From Terriglobia bacterium (GTDB lineage Bacteria > Acidobacteriota > Terriglobia > UBA7540): DNA of 64,000 nt. How positions within the stretch are numbered: the stretch's first letter is position 1; the number at the start of each line of letters is the position of its first letter. The notes beneath the pieces are model-generated. The model saw nothing but the letters and a program-made list of their open reading frames with translations. It searched no databases and had not been told where the DNA came from. A program made the translations under genes and the position numbers. This document shows, piece by piece, positions 46,156 through 55,705 of this stretch. Location: NCBI GenBank assembly GCA_049508935.1, contig JBELAJ010000001.1, forward strand, positions 6,002 to 70,001, given 5' to 3'.

Positions 46156-46833
46156 TTGAAGCGCGCATCAAGTAATCTGAAAAAGCTGCTGAAGCGATGC
46201 TTCCACCGGTTCGTGGGAATATGCTTGAAGGTGGCCGTGCGCGACCTCGAGAAGGAGTTGGCCGTCCGCCATGGCGCACGAGGAAGCGGCAGTTTCCGGT
46301 GGTTTACGCCGGAGGAAGCACTCGTGGCGGAAGCGCTGGCACGAACAATTGTCCCGTCTGATGAGGAGGCCCCCGGAGCTGACGAGGTCGGCGTCCTTGA
46401 TGCTCCCGCCATCGTCACGCTTGATAGGCTGGTGGCGGCATCCGCTTACCGCCAATACGTGTATTCCCGCGGGTTGTTAGGTTTCGACGCTTGGGCCCAC
46501 AAAGAGCGTAACTGCTCTTTTGGCGAGATGCCGAAGGAGGACCAGATTACCTTCTTTCGAATCGCTCAACAAAACTCTGAGACGTCCGCGCGCGAAGCTT
46601 CGGGAATCCAAAGAGCGTGGCGTCGGCTTCGCGAGATCGGTCAGGTGAGGGATGGGCGCTTATTTGCAGCCCTATTATATCCGCAGATGCGTTATGACTG
46701 TCTGCAGGTGTTTTACACAAGCCGGGTCAGTTGGACTTGGCTCGAGTACGACGGTCCCCCAATGGAGAATGGATATCCCAGTGTCACGGCGCCTCGGGAT
46801 CCGTCTGCGAACCGCGTGGAGATAGGGCGGTAA
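46156..46833 (+). CDS. gluconate 2-dehydrogenase subunit 3-family protein (small partner of GMC oxidoreductases)
   Basis: FTPEEALVAEALARTIVPSDEEAPGADEVGV is the family signature. TTG start is uncertain. No twin-arginine signal is visible. Confidence 0.6.
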   Translation: MKRASSNLKKLLKRCFHRFVGICLKVAVRDLEKELAVRHGARGSGSFRWFTPEEALVAEALARTIVPSDEEAPGADEVGVLDAPAIVTLDRLVAASAYRQYVYSRGLLGFDAWAHKERNCSFGEMPKEDQITFFRIAQQNSETSAREASGIQRAWRRLREIGQVRDGRLFAALLYPQMRYDCLQVFYTSRVSWTWLEYDGPPMENGYPSVTAPRDPSANRVEIGR

Positions 46834-46836
46834 GCG

Positions 46837-48261
46837 ATGAACGGTAAGCGAATGCCACAACTCCCGCGCCTTTCCTCCCAGCGCCCAATTCGTCGAGTTG
46901 GGTTCATCAGTCCATACACCGGCGGCAACTTAGGGAACGCGGCGATCATAACCGCCGCAATCGAGAATATACAGAAGCGCATTCCTGGCGTCGAAATTGT
47001 GGGCATTACCCTAAACCCTGAGGATACCGCCCGCCGGCATGGAATTGAGGCATTTCCGCTAGCGCAACTGTCGATCCCCTTATACTCCCTTGTGGCTTCG
47101 AGCAGTTACAGCGTGGTTCCGCAACAGAGTCTTGCGGCGTCGCGGATCAAACGATGGCTAAGACGGATTCCCTTGCCGGGCCGGAGCAAGAGAGCCCTGC
47201 GTACGTGCGCTACGGAAGTGGCCCATATCGTCAGCGCGGCGCGTTTAGTCCGTCGAATAGATCTCCTCATCGTCCCCGGCGGCGGTGCCCTAGACGATTT
47301 CTGGGGCGGGCCATGGGGGCATCCGTGGGCGCTGTTCAAGTGGAGTGTACTCAGTCGCGTGTACAAAGTGCCATTTGCCTTTATCAGCGTCGGGAAATGC
47401 GTTCTGCAGCGGCCGCTGAGCCGCTTCCTCGTCCGTGTCGCACTACGAATTGCGAGTTATCGTTCCTATAGAGACATAGCTTCGAAGGCGGTCGTACAAG
47501 CGTTGATTCATGCACCCAACGACCCGGTGTACCCTGATCTGGCGTTCAGCGGAACTAATCGAGTCTTGCAGAATTCGGCGCCTTTGGCTCCCAAGCCCGA
47601 TCATCTTCGGATTGGATTCAGCCCGATCGCATATTGCGACCCGCGCTCGTGGCCTCGTAAGGATGAGCGGCGATTCGCCACCTATGTCAGCCAACTGGCA
47701 GAAATGCTGAAGTATCTTCTACACCAGCATCACCGGGTCCTGTTTTTCACTACTGACGGCCCCGATTCTGCCGTTGTTAACGATCTGAGACTTACGATCT
47801 CTGGTATGCCGGTAGATAGTGACAGTGTCGAGGTTCTTCCCGCATCCCAAGATGTGAGCGTTGATCGTTTTCTGAAAGACACATGGCGACTCGATTTGAC
47901 AATCGCGAGCCGGCTGCATGGAGTTATTCTGTCCCATCTCAACGCCACGCCGGTGCTTGCCATCTCCTTCGATCCGAAGGTTGACGCATACATGAGTGCC
48001 GTCGGCCAGAAAGACTACTGTTTGAGTATTGACCACTTGGATTCGAAAGAGTTAGTGGACCGCTTCGAGGCGCTCGCATGCGCCCGCGAGCAGGTACGGG
48101 AACACCTGCGTTCCCAAATACTCCAGTTTCGTCGTGCTCTAGATTTGCAGTACGACCGCGTTTTCGGTACGACCTGTCCAACTTCAATTTCAAGCGATAA
48201 CCAGGATCAAGTGGATCATGTTTTCAAAGTGTTGAACCGTATCAGTTTGCATATCAATTAG
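46837..48261 (+). CDS. polysaccharide pyruvyl transferase family protein
   Basis: VGFISPYTGGNLGNAAI, LLIVPGGGALDDFWGGPWGHP, FISVGK, and ASRLHGVILS...PVLAISFDPKV. Confidence 0.75.
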   Translation: MNGKRMPQLPRLSSQRPIRRVGFISPYTGGNLGNAAIITAAIENIQKRIPGVEIVGITLNPEDTARRHGIEAFPLAQLSIPLYSLVASSSYSVVPQQSLAASRIKRWLRRIPLPGRSKRALRTCATEVAHIVSAARLVRRIDLLIVPGGGALDDFWGGPWGHPWALFKWSVLSRVYKVPFAFISVGKCVLQRPLSRFLVRVALRIASYRSYRDIASKAVVQALIHAPNDPVYPDLAFSGTNRVLQNSAPLAPKPDHLRIGFSPIAYCDPRSWPRKDERRFATYVSQLAEMLKYLLHQHHRVLFFTTDGPDSAVVNDLRLTISGMPVDSDSVEVLPASQDVSVDRFLKDTWRLDLTIASRLHGVILSHLNATPVLAISFDPKVDAYMSAVGQKDYCLSIDHLDSKELVDRFEALACAREQVREHLRSQILQFRRALDLQYDRVFGTTCPTSISSDNQDQVDHVFKVLNRISLHIN

Positions 48262-48361
48262 GTCCCATTGAAATAACGCGCTCGGCGTGATGTCTGAGGA
48301 TTTCCCTCTGTGAGTGCAAGGGGCGGCGACAGAGGCCGCTCCACAACCAGAGTTTTAAGAG

Positions 48362-49999
48362 GTGCAATCAGCGGCAGAGTTGAGGGAGAGCGTGCCCCCA
48401 AAAATCGACAGTCCGGACGCCATAGTAATCGGTTCTGGCGCAGGCGGCGGTGTCATTGCCAAGGAATTAGGCGAAGCGGGTTTGACGGTCGTGGTATTGG
48501 AGGCTGGAAAGCGCTATCGTCCCTATGATGACTATCCCACTCATCTCGTCGATTTCGAGGCTCGCGCAGAGGACGTTTTTGCCCCTCAAGATTGGCGGCG
48601 CGATCAATATACGTCTGCGGCAACGCCTCCCTTTTTGTATAGCCGCGTCAAGGGACTCGGCGGATCGACGCTCGCGTATCACGCTATGTCGCCCAGACTG
48701 CACGAGTCCGATTTTCGTACAAGAACTGAAGACGGGGTTGGGGATGACTGGCCGATCAGTTATGCACATCTGGAGTCGTACTACACAAGAGTCGAGTACG
48801 AGTTGGGAGTTTCGGGACCAGACGGGGATGCCGCCAACCCGTTTGAGCCACCTCGCTCGCGGCCCTTCCCAACCCCACCCCACCCGTTCAACCTTGTAAG
48901 CCGGGCAATCAAGCGTGGGGCGGACAAGCTGGGCTTGCACTTGGTCCGCGAACCGCTAGCGATTCCCACGCAAGATTGGAACGGACGGCCAGCCTGCATC
49001 AACGCCGGCACGTGTCGCCTGGGCTGCAAAATATCAGCAAAATCGAGCATCGATGTCACCTACATCCCCAGTGCCGAAAGAACCGGCCGGGTCCGATTCC
49101 GCACCGAATGCATGGCTCGAGAAATCACGGTCAGACCGGACGGCAGAGCCCGCAGTGTGATCTACTTTGCCCCAGACGGTCACGAAGAGGAGATCTCCGC
49201 GCGCGTGATCGTGGTGGCGGGAAATGCCATTGAGACGCCGCGCTTGCTTTTGTTAAGCAAATCAAGCTTGTTTCCCGACGGATTGGCTAATTCCAGCGGA
49301 CTCGTTGGCAAACGCCTTGCCGAGCATTTGTCGGTGTTCGCTCACGGTATGTCCTCTGAACGCGTCGACTCTTGGCGCGGTGTGCCTACCGGCGGAATCA
49401 TTCAGGATTATTACGCCACCCAGCCCGCCAATGGGTATGCGCGGGGATATACGATCGGCGTCGAAATGGAACCGCAGTGGCCATTCGCGACGGCCCGCGA
49501 GATTCCCGGTTGGGGAGCCGAACACAAGGCACGAGTGAAACAGGCGTTTGGTCACCTGCTCGGTTTGGCGACGGATGGTGAACAATTGCCGGATGAAAGG
49601 AACCAGGTACGGCTCGATCCCTCGGTCAAGGACAGTTACGGGCTCCCGGTCCCGCTGATTGAACTGCGGTGCTATCGCAACGATCTCGCGATGATTGATG
49701 CCATTGCGGTGAAGCTGAAGGAGATCCTTAGTGCGGCCGGCGCTTCGGACATAAGAGTTCGGCAGTTCAAACCCGGAGCTTCTTCGCACTATCTTGGAAC
49801 TTGTCGAATGGGCAAGGATCCCAACACGTCGGTGGTGGATTCGTGGTGCCGAGCCCATGACGTTCCCAATTTGTTCGTCGGAGACGGAAGCGTGTTTGTA
49901 ACGGGGGGCGCTGTAAATCCCGCCTTGTCCATCTCGGCCGTTGCTTTGAGAACGGCTGAGGCGATCATTGCCGCTTTCCGGCACGGCGAATTCCCATGA
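48362..49999 (+). CDS. GMC-family FAD-dependent oxidoreductase
   Basis: DAIVIGSGAGGGVIAKELGEAGLTVVVLEAG (FAD ADP-binding fold), GLGGSTL.Y, and the C-terminal HYLGTCRMG. GTG start is uncertain. Confidence 0.8.
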   Translation: MQSAAELRESVPPKIDSPDAIVIGSGAGGGVIAKELGEAGLTVVVLEAGKRYRPYDDYPTHLVDFEARAEDVFAPQDWRRDQYTSAATPPFLYSRVKGLGGSTLAYHAMSPRLHESDFRTRTEDGVGDDWPISYAHLESYYTRVEYELGVSGPDGDAANPFEPPRSRPFPTPPHPFNLVSRAIKRGADKLGLHLVREPLAIPTQDWNGRPACINAGTCRLGCKISAKSSIDVTYIPSAERTGRVRFRTECMAREITVRPDGRARSVIYFAPDGHEEEISARVIVVAGNAIETPRLLLLSKSSLFPDGLANSSGLVGKRLAEHLSVFAHGMSSERVDSWRGVPTGGIIQDYYATQPANGYARGYTIGVEMEPQWPFATAREIPGWGAEHKARVKQAFGHLLGLATDGEQLPDERNQVRLDPSVKDSYGLPVPLIELRCYRNDLAMIDAIAVKLKEILSAAGASDIRVRQFKPGASSHYLGTCRMGKDPNTSVVDSWCRAHDVPNLFVGDGSVFVTGGAVNPALSISAVALRTAEAIIAAFRHGEFP

Positions 50000-50126
50000 A
50001 CACCCTTAATCCCTCTTTTCACGAACCCAGAGTGTAAGGATGCAAGTGAACTCCGAACTTCTGTCAAAGTTGTAGATGTCTTTAAAGCACCTGACTAACA
50101 CGGAAGCTGACCCCTAAGGCGGAAAA

Positions 50127-52634
50127 ATGACAGAAGTGGCCGAAAATCGGACCCCCATCCGGTGGCAGCACTATACCGGTATTTTCCTGATCTCGTTGGC
50201 TACGCTGCTGCTGGAACTCGCTTTGACACGCGTGCTCTCGGTGGCCAATTGGTATCACTTTGGTTTCCTGGTGATTTCCACTGCCTTGCTCGGATATGGC
50301 GCATCTGGCGTGGCTCTGTCGATTTGGACAAAGCTACGCGAGGAGATGCCGCTTGATCTGGCGCTGACTTCACTGGCGCTGATCTTTGCATTTGTCACTC
50401 TAGCCAGCTTCTGGCTGATGCAACGCATTCCTTTTCAGCCTTTCAGCCTGCTCTTCCACCGTTCGGAACTTGTCTACGGACTGCTGTATTTCGTGGTGCT
50501 CGCGGCGCCGTTTTTCTGCTCCGGCCTGGCGGTCTCTCTGCTTCTCAGCCGTGGGGGGCGGAAAGTCAATCGGCTCTATGCCGCCGACTTGGTCGGCGCC
50601 GGCCTGGGGTGCGCGGCCGTGTGCGGTACGATGCCGGTTTTTGGGGGATCCGGGTCGGTCGCGGTCGCGGCGTTCCTCGGAGCGCTGGCGGCCTTAGCGT
50701 TTAGCTCTTTCCGGTTGTCGAAGCTGACTCTCTTCGGCGGCGTGGCGGCCGTGGGAATGCTGTCGCTGGCGTTCGTAGCCGAACACGCGCTGCCCATCAG
50801 GGTGATACCCGAAAAGCACAATCATCCTCTCTTTCCTGCGGGACGCTCACCGATCTATACGAAGTGGAATGCGTTTTCAAAGATCGACGTCTACGAAGCG
50901 CCGGCGCCGGACGAAAGCCGGTCCGATAGCGCCTTTTACTCTATCATCATCGATGGTGGAACCGCCGGGACCGGCATTGTGGATTTGAGTAAAGGTGTGC
51001 GCAACTACCTCGCCCATTCGCCGCAATACCATCCTGCCGGGGTGGAGTATGTTGGCAAGGAGCACCCCAAGGTGCTCATCATCGGCCCCGGGGCGGGGCG
51101 TGAGGTCCTGGAGGCCTTGTACTTCAGCGCGACCTCCATTACGGCCGTGGAGATCAACCCGATAATAACCGACATCGTTAGCCGGCGCTTGCGCGAGCAC
51201 TGGGGTGGGCTCTACGAACAACCCGAGGTGCGGCTGGTAACGGACGATGGCCGCAGCTTCGTCCGCCATTCGAAGGAGAAGTACGACGCGATCATCTCCG
51301 TTAATACCTATAGCCAAACGGCCCTCACCTCCGGCGCGCTCACTCTCAGCGAAAGCTACATCCTGACCCGTGAGGCATTCGAAGATTATTGGAACCATCT
51401 CACTCCCAGCGGCACCCTGCTGGTGATGGGCTACAACATCGGAAAGCTCCTCGCTACGACGCGTGAAATGTTCGACCATCTGGGGCTGGGCAGTCCTGCC
51501 GGCCACGTTTTCGCGTATCGAGGGCTGGGAGCACCCTTCGGCCACACGCGGATGAACATAGGATTGGTGATCCAGAAGTCGCCGCTAGGCACGGAAGAAG
51601 TCGACGCGATGGCCATGCGCGCGGGAATCGGCAGCCAGCAGGATTGGGGTAATGAAGGCCAGCCTGAGATTTACTATTCGCCGTTCGCAAAGCCGACTAA
51701 GGGTCCCCAGACCTTCTTTGCCAGTATCCTGAAAGCCCCGGATCTGGAGATGGTTTACGGCTCCACCTCCGAGTATCTCCGCCCAGCTACCGACGACAGG
51801 CCATTTTTCAACCAGACCGAGCGTTGGTCGAGACACCTTGGTTTCCGTAGGGTGCTCAGCGCAGGGGCAGAAGTAATGACACAACCGGTCGCCCAAGTGA
51901 TTTTGGTGATCCTGCTACTCCAGGCAGTAGCGGTGGCGGGAGTACTGATCCTTCTCCCGCTGGCTTGGTTCGAACGGAAGGGCCTGCAAGCCCGCGGATG
52001 CTGGCGGTTCCTCGCGTACTTTGCCAGTTTGGGCCTGGGATTCATCCTGATTGAGATCGTGCTTCTGCAGCGCTTTCAATTGTTTCTGGGAGAACCAATC
52101 TACACCTTCTCGATCGTCCTGTCTAGCCTACTTATCTTCACCGGCGTCGGATCCTACTTGGCGGGACGGGTAGAAGATCTCTCCAGGGACAGACTCACCT
52201 GGTTTTTGCTGGTCCTGGTCGGGACCATCCTGCTGACCTTAGCTGTCATGCCAGGGATTTTGTCGTTGGCGCTTGGTCTCGCACTGCCGCTTCGAGTCGC
52301 AATCGCAATCTCTTTGGTTGCCCCGCTGGGCATGCTGCTTGGAGTTCCTTTTCCGACAGGATTACGCATTGTCGGTGAGCAAGCCTCGCCTCTGGTACCA
52401 TGGGCATGGGCGGTCAACGGTTTCTTTACCGTGATCGGCTCTGTTGCAGCCATGATTTTGGGAATGGTCGTGGGTTTCACTTACGTGCTCGTCATCGCGG
52501 CAGGCTGTTACGCAACGGCATTGATCGCGATTCGCGGGGTCCAGCCTCACGGTGTGGCACTCGCAGAGGTTCATACGGGGAAGCCCCATGCTGAACGGCT
52601 GGCCCGATTACGCGCGCCCGACACAGTCGGATGA
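50127..52634 (+). CDS. polytopic membrane protein with an embedded spermidine-synthase-like (class I MT-fold) domain
   Basis: About 7 TM helices, then VLIIGPGAGREVLEAL, ITAVEINP, VTDDGRSFV and YDAIIS, then about 7 more TM helices. 835 aa. Confidence 0.7.
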   Translation: MTEVAENRTPIRWQHYTGIFLISLATLLLELALTRVLSVANWYHFGFLVISTALLGYGASGVALSIWTKLREEMPLDLALTSLALIFAFVTLASFWLMQRIPFQPFSLLFHRSELVYGLLYFVVLAAPFFCSGLAVSLLLSRGGRKVNRLYAADLVGAGLGCAAVCGTMPVFGGSGSVAVAAFLGALAALAFSSFRLSKLTLFGGVAAVGMLSLAFVAEHALPIRVIPEKHNHPLFPAGRSPIYTKWNAFSKIDVYEAPAPDESRSDSAFYSIIIDGGTAGTGIVDLSKGVRNYLAHSPQYHPAGVEYVGKEHPKVLIIGPGAGREVLEALYFSATSITAVEINPIITDIVSRRLREHWGGLYEQPEVRLVTDDGRSFVRHSKEKYDAIISVNTYSQTALTSGALTLSESYILTREAFEDYWNHLTPSGTLLVMGYNIGKLLATTREMFDHLGLGSPAGHVFAYRGLGAPFGHTRMNIGLVIQKSPLGTEEVDAMAMRAGIGSQQDWGNEGQPEIYYSPFAKPTKGPQTFFASILKAPDLEMVYGSTSEYLRPATDDRPFFNQTERWSRHLGFRRVLSAGAEVMTQPVAQVILVILLLQAVAVAGVLILLPLAWFERKGLQARGCWRFLAYFASLGLGFILIEIVLLQRFQLFLGEPIYTFSIVLSSLLIFTGVGSYLAGRVEDLSRDRLTWFLLVLVGTILLTLAVMPGILSLALGLALPLRVAIAISLVAPLGMLLGVPFPTGLRIVGEQASPLVPWAWAVNGFFTVIGSVAAMILGMVVGFTYVLVIAAGCYATALIAIRGVQPHGVALAEVHTGKPHAERLARLRAPDTVG

Positions 52635-52697
52635 GAGCGATCACGCTTCCGCCACGCAGTAAATAATCCGATAGCAGGTTCTGACTGAGAGACGAAC

Positions 52698-53756
52698 ATG
52701 GCACCTGAGCCGCTGGTCAGCGTTGTGACACCCTTCTATAACACCCAGGAGTACCTCGGCGAGTGCATCGAGAGCGTACTGAGCCAGAGTTACCAGAAAT
52801 GGGAATACGTCCTTGTGGATAATTGCAGCACCGATGGGTCAAGCGAAATCGCTGCCCGCTACGCATCCCGTTTTTCCGATAGAATCCGCCTCATCCACAC
52901 GGAATCATTCCTTTCCCAAGTTCAAAATTACAACTTCGCGCTTTCGTGCATATCACCCGATAGCAAGTATTGCAAGATGGTTCAAGCTGATGACTGGATC
53001 TTTCCCGATTGCCTCCGGAGCATGGTGGGGTTGGCCGAGGCGCATCCGAAGGTCGGCATTGTATCCGCCTATGAATTAGAGGGCGATCGCGCCTGGCTCG
53101 GCGCCGGTTTGCCGTATCCTAGTTCAGAGGTGTCGGGCCGCGAAATTTGCCGGCAATACTTCCACCGATACCTGCTCGTCTTCGGCACCCCCACTTCTCT
53201 TCTGATGCGTTCTGACCTTGTCCGCTCCCGGGATCCATTTTATGACGAGCGGTGGGCGCCATTTGAAGATTTCCACGCATGCTTCGATGCGCTGCTGAAC
53301 TGGAACTTCGGCTTCGTACATCAGGTTCTGACGTTTTCACGGCGGGACAATGAATCCATGCTGTCGCAAATTCGCTCCCATCAATTTGAATACTTTTCGC
53401 GTTTGTCGACAATCGTCGCCCACGGCAGGGATTATTTGTCGGAAGATGAATACCAGGCAATTCTGCAAGTTGCGGAGCGACAGTATTTTTGGTTTCTCGG
53501 ACAGTCTGCCCTGGAGCGCAAAGGTCCGGAATTTTGGGAATTTCACCGCAAGCACTTGGCCTCGATTGGTTACTCTCTTGATTTCCGCTTTATGTCCAAG
53601 TGGGTTCTCGCCGTCTTGTTTGACTACATCGGCAATCCCAAGAACACGGCAGAGTTTTTGTGGCGCCGCCGAGGAAGGACTCTTGGACCTGCACGCCGAT
53701 TCATCGGAGCCATGCGACGCACATTCGTGCGGAAGCAGGTGTCGGAGAAGCTCTAG
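52698..53756 (+). CDS. glycosyltransferase family 2
   Basis: LVSVVTPFYNTQEYLGECIESVLSQSY, VLVDNCSTDGS, and QADDW. Confidence 0.8.
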   Translation: MAPEPLVSVVTPFYNTQEYLGECIESVLSQSYQKWEYVLVDNCSTDGSSEIAARYASRFSDRIRLIHTESFLSQVQNYNFALSCISPDSKYCKMVQADDWIFPDCLRSMVGLAEAHPKVGIVSAYELEGDRAWLGAGLPYPSSEVSGREICRQYFHRYLLVFGTPTSLLMRSDLVRSRDPFYDERWAPFEDFHACFDALLNWNFGFVHQVLTFSRRDNESMLSQIRSHQFEYFSRLSTIVAHGRDYLSEDEYQAILQVAERQYFWFLGQSALERKGPEFWEFHRKHLASIGYSLDFRFMSKWVLAVLFDYIGNPKNTAEFLWRRRGRTLGPARRFIGAMRRTFVRKQVSEKL

Positions 53757-53859
53757 CGATGGGCGAATCTGCAATGGAACGTAAGTCTCGGGCGGATCGA
53801 GGCGCGAAGAGCCTAACCGGGCACTTCTCCCGACCCCTCGGGGATGAGAGGAAGTCCTG

Positions 53860-55617
53860 ATGCTCCATTTTCTGCATCATCTTTTGCACCCCCTCAAGGT
53901 GCTCTGGGCAGAGCGCATTGCATTGTTCTGGCCATTCTGGACCCTGACAACCTGCCTTAGCGCGATGGCGGTGACTTGGGTGGTCCCGAGAAAAAAGACC
54001 ATCACTCAGGAGTCGACGCAGACCCGGCGGTACGGGTGGTCACGCGACGCCTACCTTGCGTTAGGCTTCTTGATTCTGTTCTTGGCCTGCTTCATTGCGA
54101 TGTCTCTTGTAAGAGAAGACTTTACATACTACGACGATTCCCACTTTACGAACGAAACGTTAGCCGGCCGTAACGTTTCCGTCCAGATCTGGCCGGAAGG
54201 CGGACGTCTCCAGCCGCTTATCCTTCAGGAATTTAATCTTCTTCGTCATTTCACCCGCTCAGTCACTGGCTATCATTCGTTGCGCATCGTTGAACTGCTG
54301 CTATTGTCTGTGATTCTCCTGGTGCTTGACGAGGAGTTGAGTATCAAGGCCCGGGTAGGTTTAATCGCTCTGGTTCTCATTACGCCGAGCATTCTGACCA
54401 GCTTGAGCGGACTCGTTTATTCAGAGGCGAACATTGTTTTTTGTCTGGTCTTTCTTGTGTGGTTCGTTAAACGGTTCGAGCGCACGCGTTCAATCGCCTG
54501 GGCGGTGGCTGCGGTGATTTCTTCCCAGTTCATGCTCTATTACAAAGAAACCGCCTTTCTGTTGGTCGTGGGATTCGCCACTGGGCGACTCCTTCTGCGT
54601 TGTTGGAACACACAACAGGCGGGCTGGGACTTCGGCCGGCTGCGAGACCCGGAAAGTCGTCTCGACATGTGCCTTGCCCTTCTGGTAGTGCCATTCTTCC
54701 TTTACTTTTTTGCAGCCATGTTTCCAATTTACGGAATGGGCTACGCTAGTGAGTTTCGGCTGTCAGTCAAACAGGTTTTTCTTTTGTACTTTAAGTTGGA
54801 TCTCCTGGTATGGGCGCTCGCTGTCGTCGTGTTAGTCAGAGTCGCGCAGATCCTGCGGCGAAAGGTCACCCCTGCCTTGCTGTGGGACGGGCTGGCTCTG
54901 GCGGGCATAGGTTATTTCTCCGGATACCTCATCCTGAGGATATACAGTGCTTACTATCTCGCACCTGTGGATCTTATCGCTGTCCTATATCTTGGGCATC
55001 TTATGATCCCGTCAATCAAGAACATGGGCCGCCTAACAAAATGCTGCGCTCTAGCGCTGCTGTGCCTCGTCGGGCTGCAGGACCTCTCACTTTCGGCGTT
55101 TCGGATGTATGAGAAAAAAAACGTTATGCACGCCAAGGCCGAAATGGGCCAGATGATCGCAGGTTGGTATCGGAGCGATCCGGAAAAAGTAAAGCGGCTT
55201 TATTTCCCGTTTGCCACCCCGTTCCACATACTAGAATTTGCCTCGTATCTGAACTATCTAGGCGTCCCGGTAGAGCAAGACCCCACTGACTCCCCTACTG
55301 CTCGTAGCGTCTTGCTGGCGGGCAAGGTTATCCAGAAGGATGGTCCCTGCGGTTACAGGAAGTTCATCTGCCACCCAGGCGGCCACCCAGATCCTGGCGA
55401 CCTTACGGTAGTGTTTCCTGACGATCCCACGCGTGCTGATGACCTGGTTCCGTTTAAGCAGGAACACGTCGAACGGATTTTTTACTATCAGCCCAGACCC
55501 ACGATTCCTTCCTGGCTGTATCCGTACGTAGCGAGTCTGCATGTGGTCTCGCCGGTATTTCCAAGGAGCCAGCTTCCGGGCTTTTGGCTTAACGCTCAGG
55601 TAGCTGTCTGGCACTGA
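53860..55617 (+). CDS. polytopic membrane protein, possibly a GT-C fold (ArnT/PMT-like) glycosyltransferase
   Basis: 585 aa with about 11-13 hydrophobic helices. The first predicted loop carries an acidic YYDDSHF motif. The C-terminal ~130 aa are soluble. No stronger signature was seen. Confidence 0.35.
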   Translation: MLHFLHHLLHPLKVLWAERIALFWPFWTLTTCLSAMAVTWVVPRKKTITQESTQTRRYGWSRDAYLALGFLILFLACFIAMSLVREDFTYYDDSHFTNETLAGRNVSVQIWPEGGRLQPLILQEFNLLRHFTRSVTGYHSLRIVELLLLSVILLVLDEELSIKARVGLIALVLITPSILTSLSGLVYSEANIVFCLVFLVWFVKRFERTRSIAWAVAAVISSQFMLYYKETAFLLVVGFATGRLLLRCWNTQQAGWDFGRLRDPESRLDMCLALLVVPFFLYFFAAMFPIYGMGYASEFRLSVKQVFLLYFKLDLLVWALAVVVLVRVAQILRRKVTPALLWDGLALAGIGYFSGYLILRIYSAYYLAPVDLIAVLYLGHLMIPSIKNMGRLTKCCALALLCLVGLQDLSLSAFRMYEKKNVMHAKAEMGQMIAGWYRSDPEKVKRLYFPFATPFHILEFASYLNYLGVPVEQDPTDSPTARSVLLAGKVIQKDGPCGYRKFICHPGGHPDPGDLTVVFPDDPTRADDLVPFKQEHVERIFYYQPRPTIPSWLYPYVASLHVVSPVFPRSQLPGFWLNAQVAVWH

Positions 55618-55705
55618 ATTCATGATGGTGATCGACAGGTCGCCGTCAGGGTCGGCCTCACTAACAAGCTGCTGAAAGAATGATTCGCCGGGAGGTAGGG
55701 GCGGG

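Noticed and set aside
46156-46300. A Tat signal peptide on the gluconate-2-DH-subunit-3-like protein.
   Set aside because: The N-terminal region (MKRASSNLKKLLKRCFHRFVGICLKV...) has no RR-x-F-L-K motif followed by a hydrophobic stretch. The absence is recorded as an observation, not as a feature.
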